DNA of 64,000 nt from Coraliomargaritaceae bacterium (GCA_965660635.1 CBFIAS010000002.1:5426-69425), one strand, 5' to 3'; shown: positions 39,795 through 48,385, counted from the stretch's first letter. The notes: generated from the sequence alone by a model not told the origin. A program made the numbers and translations.

Positions 39795-41257
39795 ACGCGC
39801 CCCTCCGCGTCGCCATCGTGCACTACCACCTCAAGCGCGGAGGTGTCACCCGCGTGATTGAGAGCACCCTGCGCGGCCTCGGCCAGGGCCCCCGAGCTTC
39901 TGTTCACGCCGTAGTTCTCGCCGGCGAAATCCCAGACGGATTCCCCTTCAAGAAATCGGCCCGTGCCGTCGAAGGCCTCCACTACAGCAACTCCCAGGCC
40001 CGCACACCAGACTCCGCTAGCCTGCTCCAGAGGATGCGCGATGCCGCCCGGCAGGCCCTCGGCGCAGAGCCCGACCTCTGGCACATTCACAACCACTCCC
40101 TCGGGAAGAACGAGGCCATGCCCGGTGTCGTCTCCCTCCTAGCCGAAGCAGGGGAGGCACTCCTCCTCCAGATCCACGACTTCGCCGAAGATGGACGCCC
40201 GCAAAACCACCGCGTCAACCAGGCCCGGACCGAACACGCCGGCAATCTCTACCCGCTCGGCGACCGCGTCCACTACGCCCTGATCAACGCCCGCGACCAC
40301 GCTGTATTCACCAGCCACAACCTGCCCGGAGCACAAAAGCATCTCCTCGTCAACCCTGTGGAAGTCGATCACAGCCCGGGCGAACCGGAAAGCACCGCTG
40401 CCATCCGCACTGCCCTCCGCGCCGAAACCCTCTTCCTCTACCCCGTCCGCGCCCTCCGCAGGAAAAACCTCGGCGAGTTTCTCCTCTGGTCCGCCCTGGC
40501 CCGGCCGGGAGAGGTCTTTGCCACCACCCTCGGCCCCACCAACCCCGACTACCAGCAAACCTACCGTGACTGGCAGTCCCTCGCCCAGAGCCACCAACTC
40601 CCCGTCCACTTCGGCATCGGCGAATCCATGGAACTCCCCTTTCCATCCATCATGCAGTCCGCCGACTGCATCCTCACCACCAGCATCGCCGAAGGCTTCG
40701 GCCTCTCCTTCCTCGAGCCCTGGCTCTACGGCAAGCCAGTAACCGGGCGCGACCTGCCGGAGATTACTGCCGACTTCAAACAGCAAGGCATCGATCTCGG
40801 GCCGCTCTACCCCAGCCTGCCCGTCCCGGCCAGCTGGATCGAGGAAGACGCCCTCCATGCCGCCATCGGCAAACACCTCGACCAAGCCTATGCCGACTAC
40901 GGACGCGCACTCCCGGCAGACGCCATTGACCGCGCCATCGCCGCCATCCGCCCGACGGAAGACACCTACGACTTCGGCGGACTCGACGAAGCCCGGCAGG
41001 GCGCAGTCATCGAGCGCCTGGCCAGCAATCCCCTGGCCCGGCAGGAACTCCCCTGCAACAACCTTGCGATCCCGGAGCCCGGAGAGCAAGCCCGGCAGAT
41101 CCGTGACGCCTACAGTCTGGAGGCCTTCTCCCACGGGCTACAAACGCTCTACCGGCAAATCGCCGGGACATCCGCCTCCGCCATCGACTACCTGCCCCCC
41201 GGCGACATCCTCGACAGCTTCCTCATGCCGGAAAGATTCCGCCTGCTACGCACCTGA
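39791..41257 (+). CDS. GT4-like glycosyltransferase translationally coupled to gpgS (candidate second-sugar transferase, MggA-like)
   Basis: Start MNAPLRVAIVHYHLKRGGVTRVIE forms an ATGA overlap with the gpgS stop. E-x7-E block SIAEGFGLSFLEP. Confidence 0.6.
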   Translation: MNAPLRVAIVHYHLKRGGVTRVIESTLRGLGQGPRASVHAVVLAGEIPDGFPFKKSARAVEGLHYSNSQARTPDSASLLQRMRDAARQALGAEPDLWHIHNHSLGKNEAMPGVVSLLAEAGEALLLQIHDFAEDGRPQNHRVNQARTEHAGNLYPLGDRVHYALINARDHAVFTSHNLPGAQKHLLVNPVEVDHSPGEPESTAAIRTALRAETLFLYPVRALRRKNLGEFLLWSALARPGEVFATTLGPTNPDYQQTYRDWQSLAQSHQLPVHFGIGESMELPFPSIMQSADCILTTSIAEGFGLSFLEPWLYGKPVTGRDLPEITADFKQQGIDLGPLYPSLPVPASWIEEDALHAAIGKHLDQAYADYGRALPADAIDRAIAAIRPTEDTYDFGGLDEARQGAVIERLASNPLARQELPCNNLAIPEPGEQARQIRDAYSLEAFSHGLQTLYRQIAGTSASAIDYLPPGDILDSFLMPERFRLLRT

Positions 41258-41266
41258 CCCCATGCC

Positions 41267-42151
41267 ATGGACCCGCTCGAGCAAATCCGCCAACGCCGCC
41301 AGACCGGCCCCGTCCAAGCACCACAAGACGCCCGGCCACAGCTAACTCTGCTCAAAGGCATCCGCGCCGTGGTCTTTGACATCTATGGCACCCTCTTCAG
41401 TTCCGGAGTGGGCGACATCAGCCTCGCTACCGAAGAGGATCGCAACGATGCACTTCAGCAAACCCTGCTCGAAAACCGTATCCAATTAACCAATACAGGA
41501 CGGGCCGCCCGCCTCGACCAGCGACTGCATGAACACATCCGCCGGCACCAGTCCGACCGGCGCGAGGACGGAATCGAGTACCCCGAAGTCGAGATCCGCG
41601 ATGTCTGGAGAGACTTCATTGTGGAACTGGACAAGGACGGCTGGACGCAAGACGCCAGCCATGCAGACAGCACCGCACTCGCCATCGACTACGAGACCCG
41701 CGTCAACCCCACCCAGCCCATGCCCGGCCTGGAAGAAGCACTGGCTGCCCTGCGCGGACGCGGGCTAGTCATGAGCATCGTCTCCAACGCTCAATTCTAC
41801 ACGCCCCTGCTCTTCGATGCTTTCCTCGGCCAGCCCCTCGAAACACTCGGACTCTGCCAGGATTGCGCCGTCTGGTCCTACCGCCTGCTGGAGGCCAAGC
41901 CCTCCGCGGAGTTGTACAGGCAATCAGCCGCCCGCCTCTACAAGCAGTACAACATCCTGCCCAAGGAAGTCCTCTACGTCGGCAACGACATGCGCAACGA
42001 CATCTGGCCAGCGCAGGAAACCGGCTACAAGACCGCCCTCTTTGCGGGCGACCGGCTCTCCCTTCGACGCCGCCAGGAGGATCCCCGTTGCTGCAACGTG
42101 CAACCCGACTTGGAAATTACCGGTCTGCAACAATTGACCGACTGCGTCTAG
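41267..42151 (+). CDS. HAD superfamily hydrolase (motif I is DxYGT)
   Basis: VVFDIYGTLF (motif I), SIVSNA (motif II), K..P / VGNDMRNDI (motifs III-IV). Starts 9 nt after the GT gene. Confidence 0.75.
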   Translation: MDPLEQIRQRRQTGPVQAPQDARPQLTLLKGIRAVVFDIYGTLFSSGVGDISLATEEDRNDALQQTLLENRIQLTNTGRAARLDQRLHEHIRRHQSDRREDGIEYPEVEIRDVWRDFIVELDKDGWTQDASHADSTALAIDYETRVNPTQPMPGLEEALAALRGRGLVMSIVSNAQFYTPLLFDAFLGQPLETLGLCQDCAVWSYRLLEAKPSAELYRQSAARLYKQYNILPKEVLYVGNDMRNDIWPAQETGYKTALFAGDRLSLRRRQEDPRCCNVQPDLEITGLQQLTDCV

Positions 42152-42193
42152 CCAAGCTTGCCAGCAACATCCTTAGAGCGACAAAGTACATTC

Positions 42194-42856
42194 ATGAAAC
42201 TCCCACACCCCACTCTGCTCGCCCCCTCCATCCTCGCCGGAGACCACGCCGACCTGAGGGCCAGCCTCGGCATCATCGAGCAAGCGGGCCTCGAATGGGT
42301 GCACCTCGACATCATGGACGGCCACTTCGTACCCAACCTGACCTTTGGCCCCCAGACCGTCCAAGCCTTGCGCCCCGCCAGCAAGCTCTTCTTCGACGTC
42401 CACCTCATGCTCGACAACCCGCAGGCCTTCATTGGCCCCTTCATCGAAGCCGGGGCCGACCAGATAACCATCCATGTCGAGCCGGACTACCCCGTGCAAC
42501 AGACCTTGCAGGACATCCGGAACAAAGGCGTCCGCTGCGGCGTCGTGCTCAATCCAGACACTTCCGCCGAAGCAGCTGAGGAATTTCTTCCGCTCTGCGA
42601 CATAGTGCTGCTCATGACCGTCCAGCCCGGCTTCGGCGGCCAGCCCTTCCGCGAGGATGTACTCCCGAAAATCGAAGCCCTCGCACGCTGGCGAAAGGAG
42701 CGCGGCCTCGACTACCGCCTGCAAGTCGATGGCGGTATCGACCTGAAGACCGCTCCGCACTGCACCCGGCTCGGCGTGGACACCCTGGTCGCCGGAACCG
42801 CCTTCTTCAAAGCGCCGGACAAGGAAGCATTCGCCCGCACGATCACGAACGAATAA
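42194..42856 (+). CDS. rpe: ribulose-phosphate 3-epimerase
   Basis: APSILAGD, HLDIMDGHFVPN, MTVQPGFGGQ, VDGGI. Start at MKLPHPTLL. Confidence 0.94.
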   Translation: MKLPHPTLLAPSILAGDHADLRASLGIIEQAGLEWVHLDIMDGHFVPNLTFGPQTVQALRPASKLFFDVHLMLDNPQAFIGPFIEAGADQITIHVEPDYPVQQTLQDIRNKGVRCGVVLNPDTSAEAAEEFLPLCDIVLLMTVQPGFGGQPFREDVLPKIEALARWRKERGLDYRLQVDGGIDLKTAPHCTRLGVDTLVAGTAFFKAPDKEAFARTITNE

Positions 42857-42859
42857 CTC

Positions 42860-42875
42860 AGTAGAGTCGAGGAGC
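42860..42875 (+). repeat. AGTAGAGTCRAGGAGC motif, copy 1
   Basis: AGTAGAGTCGAGGAGC starts 4 nt after the rpe stop. 15 of 16 nt are identical to 44552-44567, and both copies are preceded by AATAA. Confidence 0.6.
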
Positions 42876-42876
42876 G

Positions 42877-42912
42877 GAAATCGCACTCGATTCCGATTTG
42901 GATTTGGATCAA
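42877..42912 (+). repeat. phased GAN-N3 hexamer array (short copy)
   Basis: GAAatcGCActcGATtccGATttgGATttgGATcaa. It contains the 15-mer GATTTGGATTTGGAT, which is also present in the serA-plsY spacer. Confidence 0.65.
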
Positions 42913-42916
42913 CGGG

Positions 42917-42966
42917 CTCCAAAAACAGCAAAGCGGAAAATTTCTTGTCGTGCTGCGTTTTTGGAG
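42917..42966. other. long stem-loop between convergent rpe and C-N hydrolase genes
   Basis: CTCCAAAAACaGCA .. TGCGTTTTTGGAG forms a 13-bp stem with a 1-nt bulge and a loop of about 23 nt. There is no clear U-tract. Confidence 0.4.
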
Positions 42967-43105
42967 TGCCTGACTGTCCGCCTGGCCCGCTTATTGCTGG
43001 TGCAATATGCGGGCTAGCGCGGTGAGAGAATGCATACCACCGCATCCTTGAGGAGCAGGCCCGAAATCAGCTCTCCCGGATCTGCCACAATTCCAAAAAC
43101 AGGTA

Positions 43106-43897
43106 TTAATACAAATCCGGACGACGATCCTTCAGGGCCGGCATCCGCTTCCTGGCTTGCCTGACCCGGGCCAAATCCAACTCGACCTCGAATAGACCCG
43201 GCTCTTCACCTGCCTCAAAGACAACTTTACCCCAGGGATCCACCACCATGGAATGCCCGAAATAAGTAACCTCCTCGCCTGCGCTGCCTATCCTTTCCTT
43301 TCCACACTGGTTCACCGCGACGAAATAGACCTGGTTCTCAATCGCCCGCGCGCGGATCAAGCTTTGCCAATGGGACAAGCGCGGATACGGAAAAGCAGCC
43401 ACCAGGATCTGCACTTCCGTACCATCCAAAACGCACTTTCGAAACAACTCGGGAAAACGCAAATCGTAGCAAATCGAACAACCAATCCGGCAGAAACCGG
43501 CATCCGCCGTCACGATTTCCTCGCCCGCGAGCATCTGCGAATCCTCCCCGAACAAGGAAAAAAGATGGGCCTTTCGATACTTCGCCAGCAACGAGCCACC
43601 CGAATTATAATAATAGAAGGTGTTGGCGAAAACTCCTTCTTTTATCCTTTCTAGAAAAGAACCACAAAATGCGATTCCTTTTTCCGCGGCATGCGCGACG
43701 AGCAAATCAAGAGCGGATTCCGCCCGCTCCGGCAACGTTTGATCGCCACTCCAATTCAGCCCCGTCGTGCACATTTCCGGAAGAACCAGCAAGTCCGCAC
43801 CAGCGGCATGCGCCTTGTCCATCGAGTCAATCATGGAAACCGTGTTCGCTTCCACATCTCCATTTCTCACGCAAGACTGTGCCAAAGCGAATCGCAT
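43106..43897 (-). CDS. carbon-nitrogen hydrolase (nitrilase superfamily; omega-amidase-like)
   Basis: Catalytic E-K-C contexts LLVLPEM, YRKAHLF, GCSICYDLRFPE. 263 aa. Confidence 0.85.
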   Translation of the reverse strand: MRFALAQSCVRNGDVEANTVSMIDSMDKAHAAGADLLVLPEMCTTGLNWSGDQTLPERAESALDLLVAHAAEKGIAFCGSFLERIKEGVFANTFYYYNSGGSLLAKYRKAHLFSLFGEDSQMLAGEEIVTADAGFCRIGCSICYDLRFPELFRKCVLDGTEVQILVAAFPYPRLSHWQSLIRARAIENQVYFVAVNQCGKERIGSAGEEVTYFGHSMVVDPWGKVVFEAGEEPGLFEVELDLARVRQARKRMPALKDRRPDLY

Positions 43898-44013
43898 TTC
43901 TCGTTTAATAAAACACCACTAAAACTTCTTCTTCCAAAAAAATATGCAATAATTTAGAGATATAAATTGACGTGCCTGCGACTAAACCTTTTTAAGTCAA
44001 AACCTTATTAATT

Positions 44014-44424
44014 ATGGCTAAACGCACAATAAAAATAAACATCAAGCTCCCCACTGGAGTTGACGCAACAAGTGAACTGGAAGCAAAGGCTGCGGCCGCA
44101 GCAAAAGCTGTCGTCGATGCCCAAGCTGGCGCCTACATCGAAGCGCAAAAACTCGCCAAGGAATTGTCTGCCAAAGGCATCAAGATTACCGCGGATGAGT
44201 TGATCAAGCGCAAGACAGCGGGCAAACGCACCACCAGCAAGAAGACCGCCACAAAGAAGGCCACACGCAAGCGTGTCGTACTGACAGACGCGAAGCGCAA
44301 GTCGCTTATCACGGAAATCAAAGGCGGCGCGAAGACTCCAGCCCTGGCTGCCAAGTATGGTGTCTCCACCGCCACGGTGATGAACATCAAGGCCAACGCC
44401 GGCCTGACCAAGAAACGCAAGTAA
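44014..44424 (+). CDS. lysine/alanine-rich small DNA-binding protein with C-terminal HTH
   Basis: 136 aa. Ala/Lys-rich helix, basic linker KRKTAGKRTTSKKTATKKATRKR, then an HTH-like LTDAKRKSLITEIKGGAKTPALAAKYGVSTATVMNI. AT-rich upstream region and a strong terminator. Confidence 0.7.
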   Translation: MAKRTIKINIKLPTGVDATSELEAKAAAAAKAVVDAQAGAYIEAQKLAKELSAKGIKITADELIKRKTAGKRTTSKKTATKKATRKRVVLTDAKRKSLITEIKGGAKTPALAAKYGVSTATVMNIKANAGLTKKRK

Positions 44425-44468
44425 CACCGTTCTCCCGGAAAGGAGACCGGAGTGGGAAAACCACTTTC

Positions 44469-44496
44469 AAGCCCGTCGAAAGACGGGCTTTTTTTG
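44469..44496 (+). terminator. intrinsic terminator
   Basis: AAGCCCGTC-gaaa-GACGGGCTT followed by TTTTTTGGG. Confidence 0.85.
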
Positions 44497-44551
44497 GGTT
44501 CTTCGTCATCTGCCGGAAAGCTTTGCCTAATGCGCACCTCTGCGATCAATA

Positions 44552-44567
44552 AGTAGAGTCAAGGAGC
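44552..44567 (+). repeat. AGTAGAGTCRAGGAGC motif, copy 2
   Basis: AGTAGAGTCAAGGAGC, preceded by AATAA as in copy 1. Confidence 0.6.
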
Positions 44568-44623
44568 ACGAACCTGGACCCGCACCGGCATCTACCCGCC
44601 CTCCGTGCTAAACCATCCCTGAC

Positions 44624-44651
44624 CTGCCCACGAATCCGTACAAAAACGAAT
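44624..44651. repeat. solo CACGAAT-type repeat end
   Basis: CTGCCCACGAATC (44624-44636) is identical to the reverse complement of 23687-23699. A second CGAAT follows 16 nt later. No adjacent GxxExxY gene. Confidence 0.6.
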
Positions 44652-44654
44652 GCG

Positions 44655-46514
44655 TTAACCCGCGGCAAGTGATCCGGCTCCGCAATGGAACCGCCTGAAA
44701 AGACCGTAGCCGTCCTTGCCCATATACCTTTGTAATACCTTGGGATCGGTCTTCATCAGATCCACCAGGATCAAGCCGTCAATCACATCGCTGAAGGCAG
44801 GATCCACATTGAAGCTCAACAGGTTTCCGTTCAGCTTCAAGTAGTGGCGCAGCAACACGGGAATGCCTTTCTTGTCTTCCTCGATCCCCGAGACGACCGC
44901 TGAGACGGCCCCCACCGAGCCCAGTGATTCGCCCATGCCCTTGAGGGAAATGCCACGCATGGTCTTCTTCGCCTTGGGCGGCTTGCGGGCCTGCACCAGC
45001 ACGGAAAGCTCCTCGTCGAAATTGTGTTCGCGCAGGTAGTGCACCATCAGGTCCTTGGACAGATTGTCGTAGGAATTGGTTATGCTGACCGGGCCAAAGA
45101 GTGTCTTGTAGCGAGGGTTCCTCACAACGTATTCCCCGATGCCGCGCCAGAGCAGGGCCAGTGAGGCATGCTTCTTCTGGTAATCGAGGGAAATGAAGGA
45201 GCGCCCCAACTCGAGCGCCGGCCCCAGCTTTTCGAGGAATCCGCCGCGGAACTTGAACAACGTGGCCGTGTACAAGCCCTGCTTGCCGCGCTCCTCCACA
45301 ATCCGGTCCACCAGACCGATCCGGTACGCGCCAACAACCCTCTCCATCCCGGCATCCCACATGAACAGGTGCGAATAATACTCGTCGAAGGCATCCAGGT
45401 CCGCGGCCTCGCCGGTGCCCTCACCGACCGAACGGAACGTCTCCTCCCGCAAGCGCCCGATTTCCCGCAGGCAATGCGGTATCCTCGCAGCCTCCGTGCA
45501 GAACACCCGGAAGTTACCGTGGTCAACCAGGCAGTCAGACTCCGGCAAACCTTCGATCTCCCGGCGCAACCGGTGCTTCAACTGCGCGGGTGCAATCGGC
45601 TGGAGCTTCCGGCTCGACCGCGCTGCCCGGAAGGGCAGCTTGATCCCGGGCACTGGCTTCTTTTCCGCCGACGGCTGCTGCAAGGCATAGGCCTGCAGGC
45701 GCAAATAGTCCGTCGTCACCCGGCTGTCCCCCATCAGCTTCAGGAGTTCGGGAGGTATCGGGCGGCCGATGCGCACCCGCAGCACGGAGTCCTGCATGTT
45801 GCAGAATTCACGGGCCAGGAGCAGGGTGCGCAGTCGCGGATGGAGCAGGCCGGCCAATTGAAAGAACAGGCGGTTGCGCCCCTCAAAGTACATGGGCAGG
45901 ACAGTGGCTCCGGTGCGCAGCGCCAGCGGAACAACATGGGGCGACCAGTCGCGGTCCACCACCGAGAGGCTTCGCCAGTTGAAGGCCGAGACCTCCCCGG
46001 CAGGAAAAACGCCCAGGCAACCGCCGCCCCGCAGCCATTGCAGGACCTCCCGCATGCCAGCAAGGTTTGACCGTGCCGAGCCTTCCCGCTCAAAAGGATC
46101 GACGCTAATCATGCTGCCGCGCATACCGTCGATCCGGGAGAGCAGGAAATTCCCCATCAACTTGCAATCCCTGCGAGCACTGGCCAGCAAGGCCCCCATC
46201 GCCACCCCGTCGATCCCGCCGTAAGGATGATTCGCGATGACAATGAGCGGCCCGTCCGCAGGAAACCGCTCGAAGCACTCCGCGTCGATCTCCACGCTTG
46301 TCCGCATCACCCGTAGAGTCTTCATGAAAAAAGCCGGATCGTGCTCCGCATCGGCCAGACGGGCATGCACCTCGCGGTAGATGCGGTTGAGCGAGTGGAT
46401 CCCCAATAGCTGCCCGAGCAGTGGAGCGGCCGGGCTGAGGAACGGAGCGATCCCCCCGGACTTGCCGAGTAGCGCCTGCAAATCAACCAGTACAGGGGGT
46501 TTATCCATCACCAT
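44655..46514 (-). CDS. bifunctional acyltransferase, OlsF-like (N-terminal PlsC-type O-acyltransferase plus C-terminal GNAT/OlsB-type N-acyltransferase)
   Basis: 619 aa. N-terminal IVIANHPYGGIDG .. VFPAGEVS acyltransferase blocks. C-terminal hemolysin/OlsB-like GNAT region (REIGRLREETFR .. DEYYSHLFMWD .. VGAYRIG .. LELGRSFI). Confidence 0.7.
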   Translation of the reverse strand: MVMDKPPVLVDLQALLGKSGGIAPFLSPAAPLLGQLLGIHSLNRIYREVHARLADAEHDPAFFMKTLRVMRTSVEIDAECFERFPADGPLIVIANHPYGGIDGVAMGALLASARRDCKLMGNFLLSRIDGMRGSMISVDPFEREGSARSNLAGMREVLQWLRGGGCLGVFPAGEVSAFNWRSLSVVDRDWSPHVVPLALRTGATVLPMYFEGRNRLFFQLAGLLHPRLRTLLLAREFCNMQDSVLRVRIGRPIPPELLKLMGDSRVTTDYLRLQAYALQQPSAEKKPVPGIKLPFRAARSSRKLQPIAPAQLKHRLRREIEGLPESDCLVDHGNFRVFCTEAARIPHCLREIGRLREETFRSVGEGTGEAADLDAFDEYYSHLFMWDAGMERVVGAYRIGLVDRIVEERGKQGLYTATLFKFRGGFLEKLGPALELGRSFISLDYQKKHASLALLWRGIGEYVVRNPRYKTLFGPVSITNSYDNLSKDLMVHYLREHNFDEELSVLVQARKPPKAKKTMRGISLKGMGESLGSVGAVSAVVSGIEEDKKGIPVLLRHYLKLNGNLLSFNVDPAFSDVIDGLILVDLMKTDPKVLQRYMGKDGYGLFRRFHCGAGSLAAG

Positions 46515-46669
46515 TCAATAAGGCGTATATTCCACTGTTTTCCAGTCCGCGTCAATGTTTCGATGCCCCGGAAAACGCCCCCGGGAACCAACACGAAAAA
46601 CGCGCGCAGAGCGAAATTTGGCTTGATCCGGAATCCGCACCCGCCATTTTACACCTTTTCTCAACGCTA

Positions 46670-46751
<82 letters not shown>

Positions 46752-46787
46752 CATCGATACAGAAGCAAATCCCAGCGTCATCCGCTC

Positions 46788-47261
46788 ATGCGCCACATCA
46801 TTTCCATACTCGTTGAAAACAAATTCGGCGTACTCGCCCGGATCGCGGGAATGTTCAGCGGCCGCGGCTTCAATATCGAGACCCTCAACGTCGGCCCCAT
46901 GCCCGATGACCGGTTCTCCCGCATCACGGCCACCATCCTTTGCGATAGCGACGCCCTCGACCAGGCCATCAAGCAAGTCTACAAGCTGGTCAACGTCATT
47001 GACGTCACGGAATTTTCCAGCGGGCAGGCCACCGAGCGCGAGTTAATCATGCTCAAGGTTAACGCGCCCCCCTCCCAGCGCTCCGAGATCATGCAGGTCT
47101 GCGACATCTTCCGCGCCAAGATCATCGACGTCGCTCCCGAGACCCTCAACGTGGAAATGACCGGAAACGCAAACAAGGTCAAAGCCTTCCTCAACCTCGT
47201 CCAGCCATACGGCATCATCGAAATGGCCCGCACCGGCAATGTCGCCCTCAAACGGGGCTGA
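46788..47261 (+). CDS. ilvN: acetolactate synthase small (regulatory) subunit
   Basis: ACT domain HIISILVENKFGVLARIAGMFSGRGFNIETL. 157 aa. The ORF-track 5' extension runs through tRNA-Val. Confidence 0.92.
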   Translation: MRHIISILVENKFGVLARIAGMFSGRGFNIETLNVGPMPDDRFSRITATILCDSDALDQAIKQVYKLVNVIDVTEFSSGQATERELIMLKVNAPPSQRSEIMQVCDIFRAKIIDVAPETLNVEMTGNANKVKAFLNLVQPYGIIEMARTGNVALKRG

Positions 47262-47323
47262 CCTCAAGGAAACAATCGGAAACAATTCTCACTAAACATA
47301 CCCGCTAATACAAACACGCTATC

Positions 47324-48352
47324 ATGCCAGCTAAAGTATACACCGACAAGGACGCCAACCTGCGCGTCATCAAGAACAAGACCCTCGCCATCATCGGATA
47401 CGGATCGCAGGGACATGCTCACGCTCAAAACCTCAAGGACAGCGGCATGAAAGTGATCATCGGGCTCTACAAGAAAAGCAAGTCCGTCAAGGTCGCTAAA
47501 TCGCAAGGCTTCGAAGTCTTCGAAACCGCCGAAGCCGTCCGCCGGGCAGACGTTATCATGCTGGCTGTGCCCGACATGAAGCAGCCCGAGGTCTACGAAA
47601 ACGACATCCTCCCGAATTTATCCAAAGGTAAGACACTGGCCTTCACCCACGGTCTTTCCATCCATTACGGCCTCATCGAGGCCCCCAAGGGCGTCGATGT
47701 CATCATGGTCGCTCCCAAGGGCCCCGGCCACGTTGTCCGCAGCCAGTACGTCGAAGGCAAGGGCGTGCCCGCCCTCATCGCAGTGCACAAGGGCTCATCC
47801 CGCAACGCCAAGGCGGTCGCCCTCGCCTGGGCTAAGGGCGTAGGCGGAACCCGCGCCGGAGTCCTCCAGACCACCTTCAAAGAAGAGTGCGAGACCGACC
47901 TCTTCGGCGAACAGGCCGTCCTTTGCGGCGGTGCCTCCGCTCTCGTCCAGGCCGGATTCGAGACCCTCGTCGAAGCCGGTTACCAACCCGAGATGGCCTA
48001 CTTCGAGTGCCTCCACGAGCTCAAGCTCATCGTCGACCTGATGGTCGAGTCCGGCATCTCCGGCATGCGTTTCTCCATCTCGGAAACCGCCGAATGGGGC
48101 GACTACATCAGCGGCCCACGAGTGATCAACGCATCCTCCCGCAAAGCCATGCAGGCCATCCTCAGGGATATCCAGAGCGGCAAGTTCACCAAGAACTGGG
48201 TCAAGGAGTACAAGGCAGGCTGCCCCAAGTACAAGAACTACATCGCCGAAGGCGAAAAGCACCCGATCGAAAAGACCGGCCAACGCCTCCGCGCACTCAT
48301 GCCCTGGGTCAAGAAACGCAACATCAAGGGCGCACAGGCGGCATACAACTAA
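47324..48352 (+). CDS. ilvC: ketol-acid reductoisomerase
   Basis: [14 protein letters not shown], class I length (342 aa), [14 protein letters not shown]. Confidence 0.96.
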   Translation: MPAKVYTDKDANLRVIKNKTLAIIGYGSQGHAHAQNLKDSGMKVIIGLYKKSKSVKVAKSQGFEVFETAEAVRRADVIMLAVPDMKQPEVYENDILPNLSKGKTLAFTHGLSIHYGLIEAPKGVDVIMVAPKGPGHVVRSQYVEGKGVPALIAVHKGSSRNAKAVALAWAKGVGGTRAGVLQTTFKEECETDLFGEQAVLCGGASALVQAGFETLVEAGYQPEMAYFECLHELKLIVDLMVESGISGMRFSISETAEWGDYISGPRVINASSRKAMQAILRDIQSGKFTKNWVKEYKAGCPKYKNYIAEGEKHPIEKTGQRLRALMPWVKKRNIKGAQAAYN

Positions 48353-48385
48353 GCCGAACAAGAGTACTGAAGTATTGAATTTCCA

